DNA of 60,708 nt, counting the filler. It is 5 parts of 5 records of this genome, joined end to end, with 100 filler letters (N's around TTAATTAATTAA, not from the genome) between each part and the next. Parts side by side here need not be neighbours in the genome. Positions count along the whole stretch, not along the records: positions 34,152 to 54,851 come from SRR31156797_32024; positions 54,952 to 60,708 come from SRR31156797_32043; 3 more parts are not named here. One strand, written 5' to 3'. This document shows, in pieces, positions 46,566 through 57,749 of this stretch; position 1 is the first letter of the stretch; the number at the start of each line of letters is the position of its first letter. The notes beneath the pieces were generated by a model. The model was not told where the DNA came from and did not search any database. It saw nothing but the letters and a program-made list of their open reading frames with translations. The translations under genes were made by a program, and so were the position numbers.

Positions 46566-47954
46566 ATGCTCAATGCTCTTAGTTGTAATAATCGGGTTAC
46601 GTTCACCAAATGCGGCATAAGCTTTCTCGCCATATGCATGGTGTTAGTTTTCATTTTTGCCTCCCCTGCGGCGGCTAAAAATTCTTTTCCTGTTTACCAG
46701 GTAATACAACCCAATGTTGCTTTCTGGGAAGACATCTACGGCACCTATAGCTCGCGAAAAGGTATTTTGCATGATCGCAATAACCTCCGAATCGTTTACA
46801 CTGTTATAGATCTTGTTAGCTGGGATGCGCCTGGATCGCGGCAAATTAACCAAAAATTAATAAAATTTGCCAGACAGCGTATTAAAAATATCCTTTCAGA
46901 ATTAGGCCATGGGAAAAAACCTAGTACAGCAGAAGAGAAACGGATTGCTGCTCTATTTCCCAAAAAAAGGCATACACGTTACCTCAAAGCGAGGGAGAAT
47001 ATCCGCCTCCAAATTGGACAAAAAGACAGGTTCAAGCAGGGTGTTATCCGTTCAGGAAAATACATTGCCCGAATCAAGACCGTTTTTCGCCATTACGATT
47101 TACCCCTCGAGTTAGCTTACTTACCTCATGTTGAATCTTCTTTTAACCCGCTGGCAAAAAGCAAGGCGGGAGCGGCAGGGCTCTGGCAGTTTACCCGAGC
47201 GACGGGAAAAGAGTACATGAGCATTAATCAGTTGATAGATGAACGACTTGATCCTTACCTTGCAACCCATGCTGCAGCAAAACTTCTCAAAGAAAACTAC
47301 AGCCAATTGCAGACCTGGCCCCTGGCGTTAACAGCATACAACTATGGACGCTCAGGTATGCTGCGAGCTGTTAAGGAACAAAAAAACTATGCCTCTATTT
47401 TCACCAACTACAGAAAAGGGCACTTTAAATTTGCATCTAGAAACTTTTACTCCGAATTTTTGGCAGCAGCCAAGGTCGCTCGTAAGTTGGGCCGTGATCC
47501 CAAAATAATCACAGACAGACCAGAAGCGACAAAAACACTCCGTTTGCAAGGCTATGCTTCCAGTCAAAAACTGCGATCTTTCTTCCGCGTTTCCAAACAG
47601 GACTTTGCTCGCTTAAACCCTGCACTCAAAAAGCCCCTGCTCGATGGGACCAAACATATTCCAAAAGGATACCTACTGCGTTTACCTGCTACGAAGCAGG
47701 TACGGTTAAGAATCAGCCAATGGAAAAAGTCAATGTACGCGTTGCGGCAACGTCCTGATACTCTTTACACAGTGCAAAAAGGAGATACAATAAGTACTAT
47801 TGCAAAAAAATACAAAACAACCACAAAACAACTTAAACTGCTCAATAATCTCAACCGTGATTCAGTCATCAAAATTGGTCAAAAACTGGCACTCCCCTCC
47901 TCAAAGGGCGGGATTGTTATCTTAAAAAAAATCTCTAAAAAGAGACCTATCTAA
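46566..47954 (+). CDS. Lytic murein transglycosylase (MltD-like, SLT plus LysM)
   Basis: LPHVESSF, AGLWQF, ALTAYNYG, C-terminal YTVQKGDT LysM. Confidence 0.9.
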   Translation: MLNALSCNNRVTFTKCGISFLAICMVLVFIFASPAAAKNSFPVYQVIQPNVAFWEDIYGTYSSRKGILHDRNNLRIVYTVIDLVSWDAPGSRQINQKLIKFARQRIKNILSELGHGKKPSTAEEKRIAALFPKKRHTRYLKARENIRLQIGQKDRFKQGVIRSGKYIARIKTVFRHYDLPLELAYLPHVESSFNPLAKSKAGAAGLWQFTRATGKEYMSINQLIDERLDPYLATHAAAKLLKENYSQLQTWPLALTAYNYGRSGMLRAVKEQKNYASIFTNYRKGHFKFASRNFYSEFLAAAKVARKLGRDPKIITDRPEATKTLRLQGYASSQKLRSFFRVSKQDFARLNPALKKPLLDGTKHIPKGYLLRLPATKQVRLRISQWKKSMYALRQRPDTLYTVQKGDTISTIAKKYKTTTKQLKLLNNLNRDSVIKIGQKLALPSSKGGIVILKKISKKRPI

Positions 47955-47964
47955 ATTTAAATCC

Positions 47965-48327
47965 ATGGATATCACAAAAACTATTCAATCTCTAAAAAAA
48001 AGACCCGATTTCAACGATAATGTTGGAATGATTCTCATTCACAACGGGACTGTACGAAACTGGTCCAGAGCTGACAAACAACAGGTCAATGAACTGGAGA
48101 CAGTGGTCGACCACGATAAAATCGACAAACTTCGTCATGAATACCTGGCGAAAGAAGGGATTTACGAAATTATTATCGAGGCCCACTCCGGTAAATTCCT
48201 ACCTGGCGATGATCTTCTTTTTATTATTGTTGCTGGTGATTTACGCGAAAACATTAAGCCAGTACTCGCAGAATTGCTTGACCGCATCAAGGCAGAGGCT
48301 ATAACAAAAAAAGAATTCAAAGGCTAA
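47965..48327 (+). CDS. moaE: Molybdopterin synthase catalytic subunit MoaE-like
   Basis: GMILIHNGTVR, VAGDLR, terminal KKE. Confidence 0.8.
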   Translation: MDITKTIQSLKKRPDFNDNVGMILIHNGTVRNWSRADKQQVNELETVVDHDKIDKLRHEYLAKEGIYEIIIEAHSGKFLPGDDLLFIIVAGDLRENIKPVLAELLDRIKAEAITKKEFKG

Positions 48328-48667
48328 AGCCCCTTTTAAATTTGTTTTTCTTTCCGATCTAAACGTAACAGGATAACTTTATCCTTGGGATATTAACTAA
48401 CTGGCTGTGGAATAACTATCCCAAAGCCTCGGCATCGCGGCTTACCTGGCATTAATAGAAAAATCAATTTTTTCAAGTTATCCTAAGGTGTGACATGCTT
48501 CCAGGGTATCCAAGCACCCAAACAATCACACAAGGCGAACTGTGGTTGACATCACATTCAACCACAGTTGTCATTGTATGAGCATTGCCCAACAGCAGCC
48601 AGAGAACACCCAGAGACCCCACAACCCACTTACAGTTGGATAAAATCCCAGCACAAGGAGATGTACA

Positions 48668-49510
48668 ATGGATGCGGCTGATAAATTCATTCAACAATTT
48701 AAAAAAACAAAGACGCTGCCGCATATTGTAACCAGGCTGGCTCAACTCATTAATGATGAGGACTCAACCCTCCAAGATTTTGAAGAAGTCATTCGCCTGG
48801 ACCCCGCCCTTGTTGCAAGACTCCTGACCCTTGTCAACAGTTCCTTTTTTGGAATGTCACGTAATGTAGACTCCATTTCCAGAGCCGTTGCATTGCTTGG
48901 AATGAAAAACTTGCATAATATTGCAGTTACCGACGCGATACAGGGAATGATAGATACAGATATAGACACTCCTGGCTTTGAACCCAAGCGCTTATGGTCT
49001 CACAGTGCGGCTGTAGGTCTTTGTTGCAAAATGATTGCAGAACGAATCCTGTCAATAGACGGTGACGACGCCTATCTTACTGGAATTCTACATGATATTG
49101 GGCTAATTGTTGAATTTGAGACAGCGCGAAATTCTTTTTTTAAGATAATCGACCAACTGGAACCGACTTCCCCGGATATTGTTGAACTTGAGCAGCAGGA
49201 ACTAGACACAAATCATTGTCAAATAGGTTACCTGCTTGCACTGGAATGGCAAATCGCCGAACCTTTAGCTGAGGCAATAAGGGATCATCACCAGGAAAAC
49301 AATGAGCCTACACCTACTTCCCCCACTGCAATTTTGCAGATTGCTGAATATATAGTAAACCAACTTGGCTTTTCCCTCAAAGATGATCAATGCACACAGC
49401 TTTCCCCCGGACTTTCATCCCATGTACAAAAAAATATAGCCGAATATAAAGTACTTGCCGAAGACCTGCCAGAAGAGCTTGAAAAAATTACCAGCATGTA
49501 CGGGAGTTAA
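48668..49510 (+). CDS. HDOD domain protein
   Basis: [44 protein letters not shown]. Confidence 0.9.
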   Translation: MDAADKFIQQFKKTKTLPHIVTRLAQLINDEDSTLQDFEEVIRLDPALVARLLTLVNSSFFGMSRNVDSISRAVALLGMKNLHNIAVTDAIQGMIDTDIDTPGFEPKRLWSHSAAVGLCCKMIAERILSIDGDDAYLTGILHDIGLIVEFETARNSFFKIIDQLEPTSPDIVELEQQELDTNHCQIGYLLALEWQIAEPLAEAIRDHHQENNEPTPTSPTAILQIAEYIVNQLGFSLKDDQCTQLSPGLSSHVQKNIAEYKVLAEDLPEELEKITSMYGS

Positions 49511-49514
49511 GTCC

Positions 49515-51671
49515 ATGGCTCTCAACAATTTATTTGCTGATCTGGTTGACCCCGCTCAGACAATCTCCAACCTGTGCAGCCACCTTGAGCAGGAGACTGA
49601 ACAGTTACTTTTTTTCTGCGCTGATCATGACGGTAACCATAAAGCATCTAAAAATTTCCCTATTTCCTCTGATGAAGCCCAGCAACTCATCATAGACAGC
49701 CTTGAAAAATCTTCGGAAGTAAGAATTCAACACAAAAGGCATCATTTTACCCTGCACGCTGTCCCTGATCTGCAATGCGTCATTCTGGCAACCCCGACAA
49801 CACTCAAGGACACACCTGACCCCCATTGGCTGACAAGTGTCGTTCGATTAAGTCTCCGCCTCTTCCTTGCCCATAAAGAGACCGAAGACACTATTAGTCG
49901 CCTGCGAATACAAAAAAAGCAATTCGACCGCAAGTCTGGAGTACTGGAAAAAAAATTCCAGGACATAATGGTCGAAAACGAACAAAACTACAGAAAGATA
50001 CAGGAACAGCAGCACAACTATTCCAAGACCCTCCAGGAAGAGATTAAACAACAAACTGCAGAACTGCGCAGTGCAAAAAAGGCCGCCGAATCTGCAAATA
50101 TAGCCAAGAGTGAATTTCTTGCGGCAATGAGTCACGAAATACGGACCCCAATGAATGGTATCATTGGTTTTACTGACATGCTGCTAGACTCCCCTCTTAA
50201 TGAAGCACAAAAAGAATTTGCACAAACCATACACCGCAGCGCTGACGCACTCCTCTCCCTTATCAACAACATCCTTGATTTCTCAAAAGTAGAGGCTGGC
50301 AAACTGGACCTGGAATGTATTGACTTTGATCCTGAAATTACCGCCCAGGATGTCTGTGACTTAATTCGGCCAAAAGTGGATAATCGTCCAATTGAAGTGC
50401 TTTGCCGAATCGACAACAAACTTCCCGCCAATGTTATGGGGGACCCTGGACGATTTCGTCAAGTTCTTGTCAACCTCATGGGTAATGCTGTAAAATTTAC
50501 CAAACAGGGTGAAATAGAGTTGGCAATAAGGGTCGACCAGGAAACTGAAGACCAAATCGAAATCCATGCCTGTGTAAGAGACACGGGCATAGGATTACCG
50601 GAAAACAAGGTTGAATCCATATTCGAAGCTTTTCGTCAGGCAGACGGTTCAACTACACGTGAATACGGCGGCACAGGATTGGGCCTTTCTATATGCCGTA
50701 AAATTGCCTCGCTTATGGGGGGACATGTGTGGGCAGAGAGTCAGATAGGCAAAGGGAGTACCTTTCATTTCACCACCAAACTTAAAAAATCTAAACAGCA
50801 GCGCATCAAAAATTTTAACAAAGTTTCCCTTACGGGTAAAAGGGTACTGGTTGTTGATGACAACCTTACAAACCTGAATATCCTCAAGCATATCCTTGAT
50901 ACTGCAGGCCTTGAGGTCGTCGCAACCCATGAAAGCAGCCAGGTTCGTGCTACCATAGAAAAGTCTGCCGCTCAAGACAAACACTTTGACCTGATCATCC
51001 TTGACATCCAAATGCCGTCACCCGATGGGTATGCATTGGCACATGTGATCCGCAACGAAATACCTACCGCCAAAAGAACACCGTTACTTGCCTATACCTC
51101 ATCAAATGATCGTAATGCCCATAAATGCAACGAGGCAGGATTTAATGCGTTTCTTACCAAACCGACCCGTCGTGAAATTCTTTTCAAAACAATGGAAAAA
51201 CTGCTGGGAGAAGGGCAAAAGGAAGTCGTTGGAGGTCCATCAAAAGAGAAGCTGATTACCCAATACAGTGTTCGCGAGGAGCTTAAACAGTCGATAAGAA
51301 TTCTACTAGCTGAAGACAATCCAGTAAACCAGAGGCTTGCCACCCTGATTCTCACAAAGGCTGGATACAATGTGCAAGTAGCAGCAAATGGAAAAATAGC
51401 CATCGACACCTTTACCGCCGCTCCAGATGACTTTGATCTCATCTTTATGGATATTCAGATGCCGGAAACCGATGGACTTGAGGCGACCAAAATCATCCGA
51501 GAACGAGGATTCAATACCATTCCCATCGTCGCAATGACCGCAAATGCAATGAAGGGTGACCGTGAAATATGTTTAAATGCAGGAATGAACGATTATATAT
51601 CTAAACCTATTAAAAGAGAAATCGTCTTTGAGATTATAGAAAAGTGGCTTTTCCGGGAGAGGGGAAAATAA
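49515..51671 (+). CDS. Cytoplasmic hybrid histidine kinase with two receiver domains
   Basis: [28 protein letters not shown], two REC domains (LDIQMP, MDIQMP); start at MALNNLF. Confidence 0.92.
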   Translation: MALNNLFADLVDPAQTISNLCSHLEQETEQLLFFCADHDGNHKASKNFPISSDEAQQLIIDSLEKSSEVRIQHKRHHFTLHAVPDLQCVILATPTTLKDTPDPHWLTSVVRLSLRLFLAHKETEDTISRLRIQKKQFDRKSGVLEKKFQDIMVENEQNYRKIQEQQHNYSKTLQEEIKQQTAELRSAKKAAESANIAKSEFLAAMSHEIRTPMNGIIGFTDMLLDSPLNEAQKEFAQTIHRSADALLSLINNILDFSKVEAGKLDLECIDFDPEITAQDVCDLIRPKVDNRPIEVLCRIDNKLPANVMGDPGRFRQVLVNLMGNAVKFTKQGEIELAIRVDQETEDQIEIHACVRDTGIGLPENKVESIFEAFRQADGSTTREYGGTGLGLSICRKIASLMGGHVWAESQIGKGSTFHFTTKLKKSKQQRIKNFNKVSLTGKRVLVVDDNLTNLNILKHILDTAGLEVVATHESSQVRATIEKSAAQDKHFDLIILDIQMPSPDGYALAHVIRNEIPTAKRTPLLAYTSSNDRNAHKCNEAGFNAFLTKPTRREILFKTMEKLLGEGQKEVVGGPSKEKLITQYSVREELKQSIRILLAEDNPVNQRLATLILTKAGYNVQVAANGKIAIDTFTAAPDDFDLIFMDIQMPETDGLEATKIIRERGFNTIPIVAMTANAMKGDREICLNAGMNDYISKPIKREIVFEIIEKWLFRERGK

Positions 51672-51721
51672 ACGAATAAGGATGCCATCAATTTAACGGG
51701 ACATTATTTCAGTGAAAGACA

Positions 51722-53104
51722 ATGACAGGTAACCATCAACACTGGTCAAACCCAATCATTAAATGGGCCTTTACAGAAACAGATAAGAAAAATACCGTGA
51801 GCAGCGGAATACGCTGTTATGCACGCATCCTCTTCATTGTTTACCGAGAAGCAACCAGAGCAAAAATCTCCATTAGAGCGTCTGCCCTAACTTACTCTGT
51901 CATCTTGTCAATGGTGCCCCTACTTGCCATGAGCACCGCTGTTCTCAAGGGGATGGGAAGCGGAGATCAATTGAAAATTGCGGCTGTTCGTTTTATTGAA
52001 CAGGTGGAACCGCGACCAGAGACAGAGCATGCACGACATGAGTCCACCAGTCTTGATCAGGTTGAAGAGCCTGTGCAAAACACGCTGACGGCACATCTTT
52101 ACCGTGCAGTCGACACCATATTTGACTACGTCGACAAAACTAATTTCGCAGCACTGGGTATTTTCGGCATTGGGGCTACTCTCATAGTTGTCATAATGGT
52201 TTTCAGCACCATCGAAGATGCCATGAATGATATATGGCGGGAAGATAAAGGGCGGCCTCTTTTTCGCAAGGTGATGGATTACCTAGCACTGCTTATCCTT
52301 CTTCCTGTTTCCATCAATATGGCTCTTGCCGGAGAAACCATCCTGGCAAGTGACAGGATAATGAGTTACATCCAAACAGTTATCCCGTTTGATTGGGTGA
52401 TAGCCGCCTTGTTTAAATTTTTCCCTTTTGTCTTTATCATCATCACCTTGATGTTGGTTTACCTGTTTTTTTCCAGGGCAAGGGTTACGACTTCAGCTGC
52501 ATTCATCGGCGCCCTCTTTGCGTCTATCTTCTGGTTCCTGACCCAAAAAGTATATATTGTACTGCAAGTAGGGGTGGCTAAATACAACGCGATTTACGGT
52601 TCTTTTGCCACAGTACCTCTATTTCTTGTATGGGTATATTTAGGATGGACTTTTATACTCTCAGGGGCCGCCCTTGCTTACGGAGTACAACATCGCAATG
52701 ACTACTACCCGTTCAATGCGAACATTGCCGCCCAACGTAAGCTACAGATTGCTTTTGACATTCTTCACCAAGTCTACATTGATTTCCATGCTCGACGCCC
52801 AACTACCATTGTCTCCCTAGCAGGCAAACTCACGGATGTACCTACTCTTGAAATTAAGGCAATAACAACAAGCCTGATTGAAGCAGATCTCTTGCATAGA
52901 AGCAATAATAACGGCAAGGCTGCCTTTTTGCCGACGACAGCCTCCGAGTTACTCAAGTCAGGTGAAGTGCTTGACGCAATAGTAGGCCATACCGATAACT
53001 CTACATACGGATCTCGCCTCGCGGACGTGGCACTCAAGGGAGCGCATAGGGCGCTGGCTCCACTAACTTTACAGGTTCCAGTAAACGAAGAAGATGAATA
53101 CTAG
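51722..53104 (+). CDS. YihY/BrkB family membrane protein with C-terminal winged-helix-like extension
   Basis: RASALTY, IEDAMNDIW, YNAIYGSFA. Confidence 0.88.
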   Translation: MTGNHQHWSNPIIKWAFTETDKKNTVSSGIRCYARILFIVYREATRAKISIRASALTYSVILSMVPLLAMSTAVLKGMGSGDQLKIAAVRFIEQVEPRPETEHARHESTSLDQVEEPVQNTLTAHLYRAVDTIFDYVDKTNFAALGIFGIGATLIVVIMVFSTIEDAMNDIWREDKGRPLFRKVMDYLALLILLPVSINMALAGETILASDRIMSYIQTVIPFDWVIAALFKFFPFVFIIITLMLVYLFFSRARVTTSAAFIGALFASIFWFLTQKVYIVLQVGVAKYNAIYGSFATVPLFLVWVYLGWTFILSGAALAYGVQHRNDYYPFNANIAAQRKLQIAFDILHQVYIDFHARRPTTIVSLAGKLTDVPTLEIKAITTSLIEADLLHRSNNNGKAAFLPTTASELLKSGEVLDAIVGHTDNSTYGSRLADVALKGAHRALAPLTLQVPVNEEDEY

Positions 53105-54824
53105 CCAACAAAAGAATAGATCGATCCACACCTTCCTCGGCAATAATAATATCCTGCTCCTTGTACCTAATGGTTTATCCAGTCCGCAAAAAAAGGATGG
53201 GAAACACCACCTCACCCAACTCGCCCTGTTGGTTGCGCAACAGCTCGGTTGCTATACGATTATTAATAATCGGTACAAAAAGACACTTATTGACCTGACA
53301 GACATGCAGGTTGTGAAAACACGAAAAAAAATCACAGATACGTTTCTTGTTCACATCAAACGGTTTGTGGATGAGATATTAGAAAATGATCTTTCCCCAC
53401 TAGTCCTTATTGTTCAGGTCAGCAGTATACCTTTACCAAAAGGGAAACAAATTCTATTCGGCTATGGCCAGGGTGAGCGGGGCAACCCGTTAAAACCTCA
53501 TAACCCAACCATTTCCCCTTCACGGATCAGCAAATACAGGGTTGTTATTGAAGACCAGGGCCTTATTACAGACCTGGCGCAGCCGGGATCAATCCACTGC
53601 GGCCATTCTCCTGACCATCTCAACCAACTCTTTCGGCAAAAAAACTATCTTGAGGGTTTTTATAATACTCATGTTGACTCACTTCTACTCACCCTTGCCC
53701 CCGAACTTGTGAGCGAACAAGGGATGGCAGAATTTACTGCAGAAAAAATGGGACGGGCATTCCACCAGTTTCAACAGAAAATGCCGTTGGTCAGGAAAGT
53801 ACAACTCAACAGTATAGAGACACGAGATGTGGAAGACTTACAATATATCTTCCGCATCCATAATGACGCACAGTACGATGAACTTACAAGAGAATCGTAT
53901 ATAGATGAGCTCGCTGGATCCATTGATAAAAATGGTTTGCTCCACCCATTAGTATTACTGCGAAAAAATGATGGTTATTATAAAATTCTGTGCGGCTTTA
54001 GGCGGTTTCAAGCAGTAAAGCGCATTGGCAGAGAGTGGATAGAGGCAAAAATTTTTCAGGAACAGGATTTTTCCACTGAAGATTTCTTTAATATTTCACT
54101 TGCTGAAAACACTAAAAGAAGGAACCTCAACCCGGTTGAAATAGGAAACTTTCTAGATACTGCCAGCGATACCATGCAACTGAACAACACCATGCTCGCT
54201 GAAAAATTTGGAGAGACATTGGGTATCGGTGTTCCTGGACAGAAAGTATCCCACACTACTATCCATAAATACCGTAAAGTAAACCAAATTAGAACGCGTG
54301 GCGAATCACCGGAAATTATCAACGATGTGATCAATGAGAAACTGCAGTTCTCAATTGCAGCGGAAATTCTCGCCCCAATTAAAGATCCAGGTGATCGTGA
54401 CAGCCTCTACTTGGAGATAATAAAGACATTAGCTCCCACAAGACCACAACTCCAAAATATACTCACCCTGTTAAAAGAGAGAAAAACAGGCTTAAGCACA
54501 ACCATTGCCCACAAAGAAGTTCAACAGATGCTAACCAAGGCTATGGATGCACCGCAAAAAGCAGCAACCTTTATCCGTCTCATGCAGCAAAAAGGAACAA
54601 AATTAGCCGGTGCGGAGCAAAAGCAGTTTACTAAGAAAATCACAAAAATCCGGCAGCAATACTTCGGTGAACGTACAAGCAAGAAGGATTTCAACCTTAC
54701 CGCTGATCCAGGAACAGAAAAGAGCGAGTTGACTCTCAATCTGCGGGTCAATAAGGAAAATTACCAGATAATGCTTGATAAAGTTACCCAACTCCTCCAA
54801 CAGGAAGATCTGTTCATAGAATAA
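53094..54824 (+). CDS. ParB/Srx-domain protein with a long N-terminal extension
   Basis: ELAGSIDKNGLLHPLVL...ILCGFRRFQA...ENTKRRNLNPVE; overlaps the yihY stop. Confidence 0.8.
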   Translation: MNTSQQKNRSIHTFLGNNNILLLVPNGLSSPQKKDGKHHLTQLALLVAQQLGCYTIINNRYKKTLIDLTDMQVVKTRKKITDTFLVHIKRFVDEILENDLSPLVLIVQVSSIPLPKGKQILFGYGQGERGNPLKPHNPTISPSRISKYRVVIEDQGLITDLAQPGSIHCGHSPDHLNQLFRQKNYLEGFYNTHVDSLLLTLAPELVSEQGMAEFTAEKMGRAFHQFQQKMPLVRKVQLNSIETRDVEDLQYIFRIHNDAQYDELTRESYIDELAGSIDKNGLLHPLVLLRKNDGYYKILCGFRRFQAVKRIGREWIEAKIFQEQDFSTEDFFNISLAENTKRRNLNPVEIGNFLDTASDTMQLNNTMLAEKFGETLGIGVPGQKVSHTTIHKYRKVNQIRTRGESPEIINDVINEKLQFSIAAEILAPIKDPGDRDSLYLEIIKTLAPTRPQLQNILTLLKERKTGLSTTIAHKEVQQMLTKAMDAPQKAATFIRLMQQKGTKLAGAEQKQFTKKITKIRQQYFGERTSKKDFNLTADPGTEKSELTLNLRVNKENYQIMLDKVTQLLQQEDLFIE

Positions 54825-54851
54825 ATGCACTGTCTTTTCGCATGCGAAAAG

Positions 54852-54951
54852 NNNNNNNNNNNNNNNNNNNNNNNNNNNNNNNNNNNNNNNNNNNNTTAAT
54901 TAATTAANNNNNNNNNNNNNNNNNNNNNNNNNNNNNNNNNNNNNNNNNNNN
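54852..54951. other. Artificial contig spacer
   Basis: N-run with central TTAATTAATTAA. Confidence 0.99.
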
Positions 54952-57378
54952 TCCGTATGGTACTGTTAGTGTAATTGTTTTTACTGACTCGTCAACGGTA
55001 CCATCAACGGCAGGGTTTGTAAAACCAAAAGCTATTATTGAAGGTCTGACTTTGAAAGTCCATGAGTAAGAGATTTGCTGTCCACTATCAGTAGAAGCTA
55101 CTACAGAAACCTCATGTTCTCCACCTTGGTATGGATCTGCTTTGTTATATTCTATTTTGTATCCATCAGTTATTTCCTGAATATTGAGTGGAACAGTTGT
55201 GCCATCAATGTTCATCTGTATGGAATCCCTGTTCACCCCATTGGGATGTACAACATTCGTAGATACTGTAGTTGTAATACTTTCTGCATAGGATTCTGGT
55301 GCAGGATATTCATCATTGTCACATGTGAATGAAAACACAAGTGCAAAATTCTGTGGTCCTTCCTGGATATTAAAGGCGTCTACTTTCATTGTGTAGTCGC
55401 CTTCTGTTGTACTATCCAGTTCGATCCCTTCCACATTGTTCACATGGTCCGGCCCATCATTTCCATAATATGTCCCCGATGGACCTGAAAGAACCAGGTC
55501 AAGATCATTGTACAGGTTCTTTGAAGAAGCCGGAGATGAAGGATAATCTGTCCATACAAGTGTTGCCCTTGCAGGATGCCCGCTTTCTATGCATTCGTAT
55601 GTGTGCTGCCATGATTGTGAATTAGAGAGGGGTACGTAATCATAGTATGCTATAACTTCGGGATAGGATACAAAGATAGAGTTTCCAACATCAACACGCC
55701 CCCAGCCCTGAGATGTGTCAGGTCTTCCACTGATCTCTTCATAAGATCCGGTCCCATACTGCCCTGGGCTCATGTCATGTGCGCCATTTATGAGTGTTGC
55801 TTTTAGAAGTGCTGCACTGGGACTTCCAAGCTGTTCAACATCAGTATAGTATTCTCTTACAAGAGCAGCTGAACCTGCTACAAGTGGAGTGGCAAAGCTT
55901 GTTCCTACTTCGTATGCATAATATGAGTTAATAACACCCCAGTTGTATTCAGAATTACTTACGATACTGGATTTTGTAGAGGCAATAAATGTTCCTGGAG
56001 CCACAAGATCAGGTTTTATTCTCCCATCATCAGTGGGTCCTCTACCACTGTTTGCATACATGCCCCCTATATTATTGGCAACTAAATCAGTATTTATAGG
56101 GTAAGTAGAGATGCCAAGGTCTATGTAACGAGTCCTTTTGTCAGGCCTGTTATTTTCCGATGCACCAACTGAAATTGTGTTTTTGGATGTTGCAGGAGGA
56201 GTTACTGAGTTCTTATCGATAACTCCGTTGTTATCCGAATCAGTGGCTTCGTTGCCTGCTGAAAAAAGTATTAGCATATCCGGATTGTTCCAGACAAAAT
56301 CATCAACCTGCTGGGAAACAGAGCTGTATGCACCCAGATCTGAGGTATAGCCCCAGCTACAGGTATGAATACGCGCTCCCAGGTCATATGAATTCTCAAA
56401 AATCTCATTCAGGTTATTCTTGTCTATTCCACTAAGACTTCCGTTGTCATCCATTATTGCTTCAAAGACAAGACCTGCTTCAGGAGCCATTCCGGCATAC
56501 TGTCCACCTGACATTGCACCGTTTCCCATTACTGCTCCGGCTACAACAGTTCCATGCCCTCCGTTATCCTCCGCTCCATCCCCATTGTAATCTATTATTG
56601 ATACTATTCTTCCGCGGATGTCAGCATGCATGGAATCATCATTGACTCCTGTATCAAGTCCGGTATCACATACTGCTACAATTTGCCCGTTACCTTTTAA
56701 GCCGTTGTCTTCATGAAAAGCATTGACATTTATGATCCCGGCAGCAACATCACTTGAAAGAGCAGGCTCTGAGTCAATCTCTATCCAGCAAATACCATTG
56801 ATTGCTGCTATTTCAGCTATTTTCTCAACTGGTATTGAAACGCTTATAATTTCATCCGAACTGCCGGATATGGTTCCACCAATTGATTCAATTTCCCAGA
56901 TGATTTCTTCTTCATCACTTTCTTCAAAAAGGACAACTAATAGATTAATGGAGATATCTCGTTCCTGAATTATCTCCTTATCAAATTCATATTTGTATTC
57001 AGGCAGGTATTCTCCTGTCCACCGGATGAAGTCAAATGAGTCCAGATTGTTCTTCTCGGTTGCGTTCATCCGAATTATATAGGTGTTTTCAGGGATGTAA
57101 TCAAAAAATTCAGCTCCAATGGCTGTGGCCTGATCCTTCCACTCCTGACTAACGTGTCCATCAAACTGCACCAGATAGTATTTTTCATATTCTTCAATAG
57201 GTTCGGATGCAGAGGATAATTTGGCACTTGCAAGATCAGATTCCCCTTGTTCCATCAATGCGTCAGTTTCTATGATGCCTGATTTCATGTAAATTGTGTT
57301 TTCATCGCTTGCTGTTGCCATGAGGGAAGAAAGCAGGATCAATACTAGGGAGATAAAAACAACTGTTTTTCGATTCAT
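54952..57378 (-). CDS. Secreted S8 subtilase (Kp43-like), C-terminus cut by contig end
   Basis: Signal peptide and propeptide; CDTG, HGTVVAG, SAGN, GRIKPDLVAPG, GTSFATP, QGWGRV. Confidence 0.9.
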
Positions 57379-57706
57379 GGAATAGAGTCCTGTTTTACGC
57401 GTGGATATAAAAATAGATTATAGTTCTATTAAATATATTCATATTAACTTCTATATAAAACATAACACCAATTTAAAAAAAAATATAATTACAAATGCAT
57501 AAAAAAATAGATTTGCAGTTACTGAACAATATTTTCGAGATACTAAATGCAAAATATCCCTACATATTGATGACAAATACCCATTTAACCAAAAATATTT
57601 GACTTACATTAGAACTAATAGTATATCTGCACTAATATTTATTAGGGACAGTTTCTGCTTATAAGTATTGATTTCTACGACCTTTAGCTCTGGCAAGTTG
57701 TGCAAT

Positions 57707-57741
57707 TAAAATAAAAAAAGGGCGCTTAGTTAAAGCGCCAA
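57707..57741 (-). terminator. Hairpin plus T-tract after the cobN-like gene
   Basis: Minus strand GGCGCTT-TAACT-AAGCGCC followed by CTTTTTTTATTTT. Confidence 0.6.
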
Positions 57742-57749
57742 CAAATTTA

